DNA of 64,000 nt from Pseudobdellovibrionaceae bacterium (GTDB lineage Bacteria > Bdellovibrionota > Bdellovibrionia > Bdellovibrionales > UBA1609). This document shows positions 29,967 through 40,103 of this stretch, piece by piece; within the stretch, counting starts at the first letter, position 1, and each line of letters opens with the position of its first letter. The position numbers and the translations under genes are program-made. The notes under the pieces were generated by a model. It was not told the DNA's origin and did not search any database. It saw only the letters and a list, made by a program, of their open reading frames with translations. The stretch spans positions 28,824 through 92,823 of the forward strand of contig JAAOIK010000007.1 of NCBI GenBank assembly GCA_015163855.1, given 5' to 3'.

Positions 29967-32123
29967 CTATTTTCTTCCTAAAAAGTTATTTACCAATTTT
30001 TCAGGAACCGTGTTGTAATCTAAAAACTCCATCGAAAAAGAAGCTCTGCCTTGGCTTAAAGATCGAATTTGAGTAGCATATCCAAACAAATGATATAAAG
30101 GAACTTCTGCGGTTACAAAACTAAAATCCTCTTGCATTTCTGTGTTTTGAATTTTCCCTCTACGAGAATTTAAATCACCAATAATAGCTCCCATAAACTC
30201 TGCAGGACTACGAACTTCTAATTTAAAAATAGGCTCCATTAATACAGATTCATTATTTTTTAAAGCCTCTCTTAAAGCTAAGCTACTGGCCACTTTTACT
30301 GCCATTGCCGAGCTATCTTCTGTAATTTTTACTTCAATAACACGAACATTTACTCCTACTAAAGAATAACTAGCTAGTAAACCTGCCCCAGCAGCCTCTT
30401 TTAATCCATTTTCTAAATTTTCTAAAAATTCTGTAGAAAGATTTTTAGATACCGCTGATAAATCAATAAATAAAGGGCCGTTTTTTTTATTTACACTAAT
30501 TTCTAATTTTACTTTGGAATAATGTAGTTTTTCTGCAATTTCTTTTTCAAAAATAGCCTCCCCTGTGGAAGTTTTTGTAATACCTTCTCTAAAAGAAACT
30601 TGAGGAACTCCCGAGGTAACTTTAATTTTGTATTCTCTTAATAACCGATCTATTAAAATTTCTAAATGCAACTCCCCCATTCCATAAAGTAATAATTGAG
30701 AAGTTTCTGTATGGGTTTTAACTTGACAAGAAGGGTCTTCTTTTTGTAATTGCTCTAAGGCTTCTAGCATTTTTTTTTGATCTGCTGTGCTTTTTGCCTC
30801 AATGGCCACAGAAATTACAGGTAACGGAAGCATGATAGATTCCAAAACCACGGGCTTAGTTATTTCGCACAAAGTATCTCCTGTGCTACTAAATTTTAAA
30901 CCAATAACCGCCCCAATATCTCCCGCCTTTAATTCTTTTAACTCTTGCCGAGAATTAGAGTGCATTTTTACAATTTTATTAATTTTTTCTTTTTTTTGAG
31001 TACGAGGATTAAATACACTTTGCCCCTCTTTTAAACTTCCTGAATAAACACGAACATAAGTTAAGTATCCTGAAAAACTATCTTTAGCTAACTTAAATAC
31101 TAAAGCCACTGTGGGTGTTTTAAAATCGGTATGAACTAAAACTACTTCGGGCTTATCTTCTTTTTTTTGTAAACTGCGTAAAGAAAAAGATTGCGCTGGC
31201 GGTACATCTAAAGGGCTAGGCAAATAATCGATAATAGCATCTAATAAAGTTTGTATGCCTTTATTTTTAAAGGCAGAACCGCATAACACTGGAAAAATTT
31301 TTTGCTCACAAGTTAATTTGCGTATTAATGCCTTAATATCTTCTTCAGAAAAAACTCCTTCTGTTAAAAATTTTTCCATAAAATCTTCATCAAAATCCGA
31401 TAAGCTTTCTAATAGATTGTTGCGTGAGTCACTAACCTGTGATTCTAATTCCTTTAGTTCCAAATCCGACAACCCATAGTGTGTAGAAGAATCTCTTACT
31501 TCTTCTATGGAGTAAGCCTTATATTCTTTACCTAACTCCTCACTCTTCCAAAGTAGTATTTTTTCAGAAACCATATCATAAAAGCCTTTAAATTCGGACT
31601 CTTTACCAATGGGAATATGTAAAGCTAAAGCCTTTGCTTTTAATTTTTTTTCAATAGAGGCAATGCTAGATAAATAATTAGAACCCACCCTGTCCATTTT
31701 ATTAATAAAACAAATTCTTGGTACTTTGTAACGATTGGCTTGCCGCCAAACCGTTTCTGATTGTGCCTCTACCCCATTTACGCCATCAAATACTACCACT
31801 CCACCATCTAAAACTCTTAAAGACCTTTCTACCTCAATAGTAAAATCCACATGCCCTGGGGTATCAATGATATTAATCCATTTATTTTTCCAAAATAAAG
31901 AAGTGGCTGCAGAGGTAATAGTAATGCCTCGCTCTTGTTCTTGCTCCATCCAATCCATAATGGCGTTACCATCATGCACTTCTCCGATTTTATGGCTGCG
32001 ACCAGAATAATATAAAATTCTTTCGGTTATGGTGGTTTTTCCCGCGTCAATATGAGCCATTACGCCAATATTACGGAGCTGATTTACATCTTCTAGTTTT
32101 TTTAAAGTAAATAGAGCAGACAT
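29967..32123 (-). CDS. fusA: Elongation factor G
   Basis: [76 protein letters not shown]. Confidence 0.95.
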   Translation of the reverse strand: MSALFTLKKLEDVNQLRNIGVMAHIDAGKTTITERILYYSGRSHKIGEVHDGNAIMDWMEQEQERGITITSAATSLFWKNKWINIIDTPGHVDFTIEVERSLRVLDGGVVVFDGVNGVEAQSETVWRQANRYKVPRICFINKMDRVGSNYLSSIASIEKKLKAKALALHIPIGKESEFKGFYDMVSEKILLWKSEELGKEYKAYSIEEVRDSSTHYGLSDLELKELESQVSDSRNNLLESLSDFDEDFMEKFLTEGVFSEEDIKALIRKLTCEQKIFPVLCGSAFKNKGIQTLLDAIIDYLPSPLDVPPAQSFSLRSLQKKEDKPEVVLVHTDFKTPTVALVFKLAKDSFSGYLTYVRVYSGSLKEGQSVFNPRTQKKEKINKIVKMHSNSRQELKELKAGDIGAVIGLKFSSTGDTLCEITKPVVLESIMLPLPVISVAIEAKSTADQKKMLEALEQLQKEDPSCQVKTHTETSQLLLYGMGELHLEILIDRLLREYKIKVTSGVPQVSFREGITKTSTGEAIFEKEIAEKLHYSKVKLEISVNKKNGPLFIDLSAVSKNLSTEFLENLENGLKEAAGAGLLASYSLVGVNVRVIEVKITEDSSAMAVKVASSLALREALKNNESVLMEPIFKLEVRSPAEFMGAIIGDLNSRRGKIQNTEMQEDFSFVTAEVPLYHLFGYATQIRSLSQGRASFSMEFLDYNTVPEKLVNNFLGRK

Positions 32124-32168
32124 AACAAAAACTTTATAGCAAAAGTTAAACCTTAATAATTTCTTTTT

Positions 32169-32200
32169 AATGTTTAAAGCTTAAAAGTTTTAAACATTTT
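32169..32200. terminator. Hairpin followed by a T run between the YHS gene and fusA
   Basis: aatgtttaaa-gcttaaaag-tttaaacatt followed by tttt; downstream (3') of the minus-strand YHS gene on one strand and upstream of fusA. Confidence 0.4.
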
Positions 32201-32209
32201 TTATTTAGC

Positions 32210-32255
32210 AATAGTGTTCTATTTCATTTACCAATAGTGTTCTATTTCATTTACC
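32210..32255. repeat. Perfect tandem duplication of a 23-bp unit
   Basis: aatagtgttctatttcatttacc occurs twice in immediate succession. Confidence 0.95.
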
Positions 32256-32262
32256 AATACTA

Positions 32263-32706
32263 CTAATAAGAGTCCAAAACACTTGGAAAATTTTTATTTG
32301 CTTTTTTAATAAACTCTTTTTTGTTTACTAACCATTTATCTTTAATTCTTTTATCGTAGTTTAAATATAATTTATTATTATAAATATGCCACTGCAAAGG
32401 GTCTCCTTTTGCAGTTTTATTTTTAGCAACAGCCCAAGCACAATAACCACCGTACTGAGGAGCATACTTTTTAGGATTTACTTTAAACTTTTTTAAATTG
32501 TTGGCATTAGAAAAATGCCAAACCACACCATTATATTTTGTTTGGTATTTTTTGTTTCCCTTAACTGGTTTATTTTTAGAAAAGTAAGATACCGTATCAT
32601 AGCCTCCAACAGCTACATTAGAAAAAAAACTAGTGTATATTTCTGCTTTTTTAGCAAAAGCATCAATAGAAAAAAATAATAAAATAGAAAAAAGCCAAAT
32701 TTTCAT
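32263..32706 (-). CDS. Exported YHS-domain family protein
   Basis: Signal peptide MKIWLFSILLFFSIDAFA; VAVGGYDTVSYFSKNKPVKG...YQTKYNGVVWHFSNANNLKKFKVNPKKYAPQYGGYCAWAVA. Confidence 0.85.
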   Translation of the reverse strand: MKIWLFSILLFFSIDAFAKKAEIYTSFFSNVAVGGYDTVSYFSKNKPVKGNKKYQTKYNGVVWHFSNANNLKKFKVNPKKYAPQYGGYCAWAVAKNKTAKGDPLQWHIYNNKLYLNYDKRIKDKWLVNKKEFIKKANKNFPSVLDSY

Positions 32707-32777
32707 TTTACCCCCTAGGGTCTGTTGTTAAACGATAGAATAAAAGTATTTTCTTGGGAATACAACCACAAAAATAG

Positions 32778-33695
32778 TTATTCGCTAGTGGCTTGATGCT
32801 TAAGGGCTAAATAAAGTACTTTCAAAGCCTCTTTATTAGGGTTGTCTACGCTATGATACATATACAGCTTAGTAGAATAATCTAAAGACTTCACTAAAAT
32901 ATGATTTAACCTTCTGGTTCTTACTTGCTTTTTAATAGAGTGCGAGGGCAAAAAACCCCAGCCCATATTGGACTCAATCACTTTTTTTAAAGTTCCCACA
33001 TTGTCAGAAGTAAAAACAGAATTTAACTGTAGTTGAGCAGATTTTAACTGTTTATTTAATTGAACTTTAAATTGAGGGTACAAATCAGAAAACACAACCA
33101 TGGGGCGACTAGATAGTTCTGCTACCTCTATGGCTCCTTTAGTCATTGATTCCTTTCCAGAACCCACTAACCAAATGTCATCTTCAATCAAAAATTGCGA
33201 TTGAAATTGGCTTAACTCAAAACCGGCTTCCGCTCTTAAATCAGGCAAAATACTAACATCTACATCACCATTTCTCATAGAGTTTACCACTTGGTTATAA
33301 GACCCATACATTAAATTAATTTTTAACTTTGGATTATTTCTTAACAAAAGACCAATGATAGGGCTTACCAAGTACAAACCCAAAGAGTTTATAGTAGCAA
33401 TGCGGAGGTCTCCCGACATATTACCACTAACGGTTTTCATAGCCGCTTTTGCCTGATGACTTAAATTTAAAATTTGTTTTGCATAATCAAATAATAATTG
33501 AGCCTGCACAGTAGGGCTAACCATCTTACTACCTCTTTCTAGCAGGCGGACACCCAATTGTTGTTCTAAACTCTTAATTTGTTGGCTAACTGCAGGTTGA
33601 GTTAAAGATAATTTATTGCCAGCAGCGGTCATGCTACCCTCTGTTAAGACGGTACAAAAAGTAACTAAATGCTGTAAGTTCAAAGGCCCATTCAT
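32778..33695 (-). CDS. LysR-family transcriptional regulator
   Basis: LQHLVTFCTVLTEGSMTAAGNKLSLTQPAVSQQIKSLEQQLGVRLLER (wHTH) plus substrate-binding domain. Confidence 0.95.
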   Translation of the reverse strand: MNGPLNLQHLVTFCTVLTEGSMTAAGNKLSLTQPAVSQQIKSLEQQLGVRLLERGSKMVSPTVQAQLLFDYAKQILNLSHQAKAAMKTVSGNMSGDLRIATINSLGLYLVSPIIGLLLRNNPKLKINLMYGSYNQVVNSMRNGDVDVSILPDLRAEAGFELSQFQSQFLIEDDIWLVGSGKESMTKGAIEVAELSSRPMVVFSDLYPQFKVQLNKQLKSAQLQLNSVFTSDNVGTLKKVIESNMGWGFLPSHSIKKQVRTRRLNHILVKSLDYSTKLYMYHSVDNPNKEALKVLYLALKHQATSE

Positions 33696-33855
33696 CTCTT
33701 TGAGTATAAACTTTTTTTATAAAAAAGCAAAACTTTCTTTATAAAGAGGAGTCCTACTGTTTGTAAATTCATTTTGACTACCTATTTACTATGTAAAAAA
33801 TATAAAAAAACAGTATTCCCTTTATCTCTATATAATTTTTAGCTAACTATAGGTA

Positions 33856-35352
33856 ATGAAAGCTATTTTTTTATTTCTTTGTATATATATCGGTGGGTTT
33901 ATTAACAACACTTATGCAAACACAATAAACGACTATCCTTTTTACTTACAAAATACATTACAAACCTTAGGTTGCCATAACCTAAAAGGTAAGCACCTAC
34001 ATGTTCAAAATTTTTATAAACATAATTATGAGGCAGAAAACCTAGGCAACATAGATTATGTGTTAAATAAAAGTGCTTTTGAAAGCAATCCTTTCCACTC
34101 AAAGATTTTACAAAAAGGTGCTGCTTTAAATTATCAATTTTTTACACCCTTTAATAAAAAAGAATCCTTCCAAAATTCCTATAACTGGGTGTTGTTTTAC
34201 AATTTACAATTACCTAAATATTCTATTGTAGAACAAGATGTTACTAGTATAAATCTTTACCCAAAAGAATTGGGAGAACATCGCTTGTTTTTTATTCAAA
34301 AAAATACAGAAACAAATTGCTCAATTTCTAAGGTCAGCTCATTTTATGTTACAGATAATCCCGATTATGCTGTCACTACAGAAAAAAAATTTCAAAAAGC
34401 TTTTACCTGTTATCAAACACTACCTTTACAGAAAAAAAAACCTTACTGCGATACACTCCCCTCGCTAAAAGAACTTTATCATTTACAACAAATTGATGCG
34501 CCAAAGGCTTGGACAATTAGCACCGGTAAGGGCATTAAAGTGGCCCTTATTGATACCGGAGTAAACTACTTACACCCCTATCTCAAAGAACAAATTATTA
34601 CCTCTAAAGATAATTCTTTTAAAGGGCCTTATGACTTTGAGTTTGCAGACTCTTTTGCTTTTGACGAACAAGGGCATGGTAGCCAAATGGCGGGCTTTAT
34701 CTCCTCTGCTTTTGGAGTAGCTCCAGAAGCAAAAGTACTAACTATAAAAATTAACCCAAAAAATACCGAGCACATTATTAACGCACTAAAAATTAGTTTA
34801 AAAAATCGCGTTCATATTATAAATTTATCTTTAGTCTTTGCTAAACAAGAAGTAAACATAACAAAGGCTTTAAGAAAAGAATTAATACAAGTTTTGGATC
34901 AATTGCTAGAGCAAGATATTTTAGTAGTGCAGGCTGCAGGCAATCACAGCCAAGATTTAGATAACCCAGAGTATCAACATTTCTTTTCTCAATTTAACTA
35001 TCCCAATTGGGTAAAGGTTGCAGCCTATAATGAAAATTTTAAACGCGCCAGTTACTCTAACTATTCTAATCACAAAGTGGATGTAATGGCTCCGGGAGGA
35101 AGTGTTAATAAGCCTCTTCTTTCTACCTTTATGGGTAATAACCAAAAAATTTTATTAGCCAGTAATAACGGAACCTCACAAGCGGCTGCAATTACCAGTG
35201 GCATCGCGGCCTTAATTAGAAGTCATAAGCCAAACCTAAGTGCATTAGAGGTAAAAAATATTTTACTTAACTCTGGTACTTTTTCAAAAAATTTGTCTTT
35301 AGAAGTAAAATCTAGCCGTACATTAAATGCATGGAATGCTTTAACGCAGTAA
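33856..35352 (+). CDS. Secreted subtilisin-like serine protease (S8)
   Basis: Asp VALIDTGVNYLHP, His DEQGHGSQMAGF, Ser NNGTSQAAAITSGIAALI; N-terminal signal-like segment. Confidence 0.93.
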   Translation: MKAIFLFLCIYIGGFINNTYANTINDYPFYLQNTLQTLGCHNLKGKHLHVQNFYKHNYEAENLGNIDYVLNKSAFESNPFHSKILQKGAALNYQFFTPFNKKESFQNSYNWVLFYNLQLPKYSIVEQDVTSINLYPKELGEHRLFFIQKNTETNCSISKVSSFYVTDNPDYAVTTEKKFQKAFTCYQTLPLQKKKPYCDTLPSLKELYHLQQIDAPKAWTISTGKGIKVALIDTGVNYLHPYLKEQIITSKDNSFKGPYDFEFADSFAFDEQGHGSQMAGFISSAFGVAPEAKVLTIKINPKNTEHIINALKISLKNRVHIINLSLVFAKQEVNITKALRKELIQVLDQLLEQDILVVQAAGNHSQDLDNPEYQHFFSQFNYPNWVKVAAYNENFKRASYSNYSNHKVDVMAPGGSVNKPLLSTFMGNNQKILLASNNGTSQAAAITSGIAALIRSHKPNLSALEVKNILLNSGTFSKNLSLEVKSSRTLNAWNALTQ

Positions 35353-35353
35353 T

Positions 35354-36052
35354 TTAAAACTTACGCTTTTTGTACCAAACTAAAATAGCTGCACATAATA
35401 AAAATAATAACCCTATTATTTTACCTTTAGTATTTTTCTTTTTTTGCAATACAGGCTCATTAGGGATATTAATGTTATTGGATAATAGTTCTGCTACAGG
35501 AGCCCCTAAGCTTTCATTAACCCCTCTAAGCTCGCCAGGCCTAAATTTACTGCTTCCTTGATTTACTAACCGTAAACTTTGAATGGATTTAATAAATCCA
35601 TTACTATATTTAGTGTAAAAATTTTTGTGTGAACTAAAAGTTACTAAAATGGCAATGTTTCCATGAGTGGTAGCTAAATACCTCGTCCAAAAATTTAAAG
35701 ACTCACTACCTTGGTGCAAGGAGTCTATCCATAAATGATGATTAATTTTTCGCTGCGAAACATTTAAAATTTTAGACACCTTAGGGCCAGAAGTCGTTTT
35801 TATAGTTACTGGCTTTCCTAAATAAGTTTCATACAAACTTAAAGAATCTGTAGGCCCCTTCTCTTTTGCAGTTAAAATAATAATAGCTGTATTAACCCCT
35901 CTACTTTTAGAAGAATTAGTACAAACCCAAGATGTGTTTTCTAACTTACAACTCCACTTTTTACTCAATTCAAAACTGACATAAGAATTGCGAAAAATTT
36001 TTGCCTGCGCAGTAAAAGAAAATAATAAAATGACAACTATTATTTTATACAT
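35354..36052 (-). CDS. Exported hypothetical protein with C-terminal TM anchor
   Basis: Signal peptide MYKIIVVILLFSFTAQA and C-terminal GKIIGLLFLLCAAILVWYKKRKF. Confidence 0.75.
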   Translation of the reverse strand: MYKIIVVILLFSFTAQAKIFRNSYVSFELSKKWSCKLENTSWVCTNSSKSRGVNTAIIILTAKEKGPTDSLSLYETYLGKPVTIKTTSGPKVSKILNVSQRKINHHLWIDSLHQGSESLNFWTRYLATTHGNIAILVTFSSHKNFYTKYSNGFIKSIQSLRLVNQGSSKFRPGELRGVNESLGAPVAELLSNNINIPNEPVLQKKKNTKGKIIGLLFLLCAAILVWYKKRKF

Positions 36053-36060
36053 AAATGTTC

Positions 36061-36090
36061 CTCGTTAGTACTCATTAGTACTCGTTAGTA
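36061..36090. repeat. Three tandem copies of a 10-bp unit overlapping a stop codon
   Basis: ctcgttagta / ctcattagta / ctcgttagta; the complement of 36085-36087 is the TAA stop of the adjacent M16 gene. Confidence 0.93.
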
Positions 36091-37605
36091 AGAAATGCCT
36101 TTATAATCTATTATCTTCATGCCTTTATGGGAAGGAAAATTTTTAGAAAAAGAATTTATCTGTTCTGTTATTGTAAACTCACTTTTATTTTTAGGATTAG
36201 CTTCTCCCCCTTTAGAATCTTTATTAGCTAAAACAAAAATTTTCATGCTATTTGGGTTAAAGTATTTTTTAATAACTTTATTTACTTCTGCTAAACTTAC
36301 TGACCGAACTCTGTTGGCAAAAGTTTCAAAATGCTCTACAGGGTTTTTACCAATACCAGATAAACTTAAATAAGATTCCATTAAATTTTCTTTTTTTTCT
36401 AAAGAACTAAATAAACTATTACTATAATACAATTTTGCAAAATCTAACTCTGCCTGACTAACTCCGTTATTATAAAAATTAGTGATTTCTTCAAAGGTAA
36501 CGTTTAATAATTTTCCCAAACTTCCTTGGTTAGTACTAGAAACTATCTGAAAAGTTCCTAGCTCTTTTAAAAAAGAAAAATAAGAATAGATGCCATAAGT
36601 AAGCCCTTCTTTTTTTCTTACTCTATCCATTAATCTAGAATTAAAGCCCCCTGCACCTAAACTAAAATTGGCTAATCTTACCGCCAAACTATCTGGGTGC
36701 CCCGAAAATAAATTTACGGGCATACCAATAATAACATTGGCCTGCGTAGAGTCGCCCTTATTAACTAAAGTTACAGGCGAGCTAAAAGTGTTTTGGTTTT
36801 CTGTTAACACAGACCGAGGAACACCTTTAGTCTTCCAAGTAGAAAACTTTTTAATCACTGCTTGTTTTAATTCTTCGCTATACTGCCCTAAAACTAATAA
36901 GCTAGCTGATGCAGGTTGATAATGTTTGTGATAAAACTCTTTTAAGTGCGTACTTGTTAAAGATTTAATACTTTGTCTAGACTCGCTTTTGTACACAGCC
37001 CCTTTATAAGAAAAGTCTTCAAATACAGTTTGCAAAAAATTGTTTGGAACATTAGGTAATCGCTCTAATTCTGCTAAAAAAATTTTTTTTTCTTTTTGCC
37101 ATTCTGAATCTAAAAAAATAGAGTCACTTAGTAAGTTCCAGTATAAGCGCATTAATTCTATACCATTTTTTGCAAGCCCGGAGGATTGAACCCAAGAAAA
37201 TTCTTGGTCTGCATTCGCTAAAAAAGATGCGCCCAATTTATCTAAATTATTTAAAATGGCTTCTCGGCTTAAGGAGGTAGTTCCTTTGTCTAATAAGCCT
37301 GCAACGGCTTCGCTAGTACCCGCTATGGAGTCAAATCGTTTTCCGGCATTTAACCGCAAGTTAAAGTGAATATAGGGTAAGTCATCTTTCATAAAAATAA
37401 CTTGTAGTTGATTATCTAAAGTTACCACTTCGTGAGGAGGTAATTTATAATTTATTTTGCTAGATTTTTGTTTAATCTCGGTAATAATTTTTTCTAGCAA
37501 CATAGAAGAGCCTTTGGATTTATTTTGTACTAAGCTTGTTTTGTTCGAACAAGAAGAAAAATATAAAGCCAAGCTTAATATTAGTATTTTTTTTAGCATA
37601 ATCAA
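36085..37605 (-). CDS. M16-family peptidase-like lipoprotein, HxxEH motif lost (inactive subunit)
   Basis: Lipobox LALYFSSCS; M16 fold sequence, but IAGTSEAVAGLLDKGT replaces the HxxEH region. Confidence 0.85.
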   Translation of the reverse strand: MIMLKKILILSLALYFSSCSNKTSLVQNKSKGSSMLLEKIITEIKQKSSKINYKLPPHEVVTLDNQLQVIFMKDDLPYIHFNLRLNAGKRFDSIAGTSEAVAGLLDKGTTSLSREAILNNLDKLGASFLANADQEFSWVQSSGLAKNGIELMRLYWNLLSDSIFLDSEWQKEKKIFLAELERLPNVPNNFLQTVFEDFSYKGAVYKSESRQSIKSLTSTHLKEFYHKHYQPASASLLVLGQYSEELKQAVIKKFSTWKTKGVPRSVLTENQNTFSSPVTLVNKGDSTQANVIIGMPVNLFSGHPDSLAVRLANFSLGAGGFNSRLMDRVRKKEGLTYGIYSYFSFLKELGTFQIVSSTNQGSLGKLLNVTFEEITNFYNNGVSQAELDFAKLYYSNSLFSSLEKKENLMESYLSLSGIGKNPVEHFETFANRVRSVSLAEVNKVIKKYFNPNSMKIFVLANKDSKGGEANPKNKSEFTITEQINSFSKNFPSHKGMKIIDYKGISY

Positions 37606-37639
37606 ACCTTTTCTTATTATTTAGTTAACCCTACTGTAT

Positions 37640-39235
37640 TTAAAGCTGCCCGTCTTTATGATTTGCTACTCGCTCATCACTGGTTAAGGCTTGCACTAAA
37701 ACTCTTTTACTTAATTGTAAATATTTTTTTGCAACTTTTTGAATATCTTTTACCGTTACTAAATTGTATTTATCTAATTGTGTAAAAAAATGTTGATAAT
37801 TGCCTTCAAGCACTTCGGCAGTAATCAGACCCATTGTTTTATTGTGTACGGTTTTTAACCCCTCCACTTCTTCCATCTGTAGTCGGTTTTTAGAAATGGT
37901 TAATTCTTCCTCAGAAACACCATTAACTTGCAAATTTTTAATTTCTTTTTCAATAATACTCAAAACTTCTTTAACAGAAGATTTTGGCAAAATATTAGCT
38001 CCAAAATATAAAATACCCGCTTTATCTAAGGGGTAATTTCCAGCATAAATGCTACTAACTAAATTTTTTTGAACATCTATGGTTTTATCTAATCTAGCCG
38101 CAGGACCGCCAGATAAAATACTCATTAAAAGATCTAATGCAGGCTTGTCATTATGACTTATAAAAACCCCTGGGTAACTCATAACAAACTGTGACTGTAA
38201 AACGGTTTTTAATTTATATTTATTATTGTTTAATTGCTTTTCTTTTTGAATATCTTTAAAAAAGATATTTGTGTTTTTTACCAATTGTGGCTCTACAAAA
38301 GAAGGACTATTAATTTTATTTTTTGGTATATGCCCATAATATTGTTTAATCCATTTTTTTGCCTGTGCAGAGTTAAAATCTCCGCCGATAGCAACAACAA
38401 TGTTGTTAGGGCTATAGTATTTTGTATAAAATGCTTGAAAATCCTCCACGGTGGATTTGTTAATATCCTTCATGCTGCCAATAATAGAGTGACCATAGCC
38501 TGAACCTTTGTACACAACCTTTAACAAAGATTGAAACATTAAGGCTCCAATACTACTTTCTCCTCGAAGCTTTTCATCAGTAACCGCACCTCTTTCGCTA
38601 TTAATTAAAGCTTCTGCTTGAGCTCTTTTAGCAGGGTCAAACAATATCAACTTTTCCATTCTTTCTGCTTCAAAACGAACAGCCCATTCTAGTTGCGCAC
38701 TAGATAAATCCATATAATAAACGGTAGAATCATAATTGGTAAATGCATTATTTCTTCCGCCTAATATAGATGTGGTAATTTCTAACTCTTCGGAGCTAAT
38801 ATTTTTTGTGCCTTTAAATAACAGGTGTTCAAAAAAATGCGCATAACCCGTTTGTCCCTTAGGCTCATAACGAGAGCCCACCTTTACCCACTGTATATAA
38901 GTTAATAAAGTGGGGGTTGTGTGATCTTCATACAGCAATACTGTTAGCCCGTTGTCTAACACTAATTTTTCTACATTTAAATTCAATATAGCTCCTGCTG
39001 ACGATAGTTTTCTATTTTGTACTGTTTTCTTTGTTAAATTAGTTATTGCTTTTTTTTTGTAAGAAGTGTGTAAAAAGGCAGTGTTGTTTACACCAATAGT
39101 TGCTACATTAAAAGTACGGTTTATCCAATAGCTTGCGCCAACTACTCCTGTGAATAAAAAAATAAAAGTAAATATGTATTTTTTTTTGTTACTTTTTTTT
39201 TTATTTTTTGCTACTAATCGATTATAATTTTGCAT
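37640..39235 (-). CDS. M16-family zinc peptidase (active subunit)
   Basis: GQTGYAHFFEHLLFKGTKN (HxxEH), downstream NSERGAVTDEKLRG; N-terminal TM. Confidence 0.93.
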   Translation of the reverse strand: MQNYNRLVAKNKKKSNKKKYIFTFIFLFTGVVGASYWINRTFNVATIGVNNTAFLHTSYKKKAITNLTKKTVQNRKLSSAGAILNLNVEKLVLDNGLTVLLYEDHTTPTLLTYIQWVKVGSRYEPKGQTGYAHFFEHLLFKGTKNISSEELEITTSILGGRNNAFTNYDSTVYYMDLSSAQLEWAVRFEAERMEKLILFDPAKRAQAEALINSERGAVTDEKLRGESSIGALMFQSLLKVVYKGSGYGHSIIGSMKDINKSTVEDFQAFYTKYYSPNNIVVAIGGDFNSAQAKKWIKQYYGHIPKNKINSPSFVEPQLVKNTNIFFKDIQKEKQLNNNKYKLKTVLQSQFVMSYPGVFISHNDKPALDLLMSILSGGPAARLDKTIDVQKNLVSSIYAGNYPLDKAGILYFGANILPKSSVKEVLSIIEKEIKNLQVNGVSEEELTISKNRLQMEEVEGLKTVHNKTMGLITAEVLEGNYQHFFTQLDKYNLVTVKDIQKVAKKYLQLSKRVLVQALTSDERVANHKDGQL

Positions 39236-39431
39236 AAATCTTTACTCTCTTTTACCAATAAGTTTTTAAACTATCAATAATTTTAAAGCTTGACTAGATT
39301 AAATAGGGGAATTTTATTCTTTACTAGACTATAATTATAGTGCACTAGACTATGGACTATAGGTAAAAAAAGAACCTTATGTTTTTGTTAAAAACTCTAT
39401 AAAGTGAAAGAAATATTATCTGGAGATAGTC

Positions 39432-40079
39432 ATGGATTTTACAAATGCTTTTTTTAACATTTCAAAGTGGGGACACGAATTTACATTATACCTATTAATT
39501 TTACTCAGTATTACAAGTATTGCTTTTATTTTAGAGCGCTGGTTTTTTTTAAAGAAAATTTTAGCTAAAAGTAAAATTGCACAAACAAATATAGATAGCA
39601 TTATACAAACTGGCGAATTAAAAGAACTAGAAAACTTAGCTTATGACAAAAGTTCTTTAGAGGGAGAAATAACTTCATACACCCTTAAACATATTAAAAG
39701 AAATAGTCAAAAAGGTATTAGCGAATTATTTTCTGCTTTTATCATGGGAAAAAAACAATCCTTAGACAAACGCTTAAGCTTTTTAGCTAGTGTGGGGTCT
39801 AATGCTCCTTTTATTGGATTACTGGGAACAGTGTTTGGTATCATGGATGCGTTTAAAGAACTAGCAAAATCACAAGGCGACGCTAGTGGAGTTATGTTAG
39901 GAATATCTAAAGCTCTTTTAGCCACTGCAGTGGGTTTAATTGTAGCCATTCCCGCGGTTGTTGCCTTTAACTTTTTTAAAACGCGAGTGTCTGAAATTTG
40001 CAACAACTTAACAAGCCTTCAAGATCTCTTTATTGCTTATGGGCACAACTATGAAAAATTGCAAGATAAGCAATCGTAA
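39432..40079 (+). CDS. exbB: MotA/TolQ/ExbB proton-channel family protein
   Basis: LSFLASVGSNAPFIGLLGTVFGIMDAF, ISKALLATAVGLIVAIPAVVAFNFF. Confidence 0.9.
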   Translation: MDFTNAFFNISKWGHEFTLYLLILLSITSIAFILERWFFLKKILAKSKIAQTNIDSIIQTGELKELENLAYDKSSLEGEITSYTLKHIKRNSQKGISELFSAFIMGKKQSLDKRLSFLASVGSNAPFIGLLGTVFGIMDAFKELAKSQGDASGVMLGISKALLATAVGLIVAIPAVVAFNFFKTRVSEICNNLTSLQDLFIAYGHNYEKLQDKQS

Positions 40080-40103
40080 ATACTACAGTACAAAGGATTA
40101 AAC

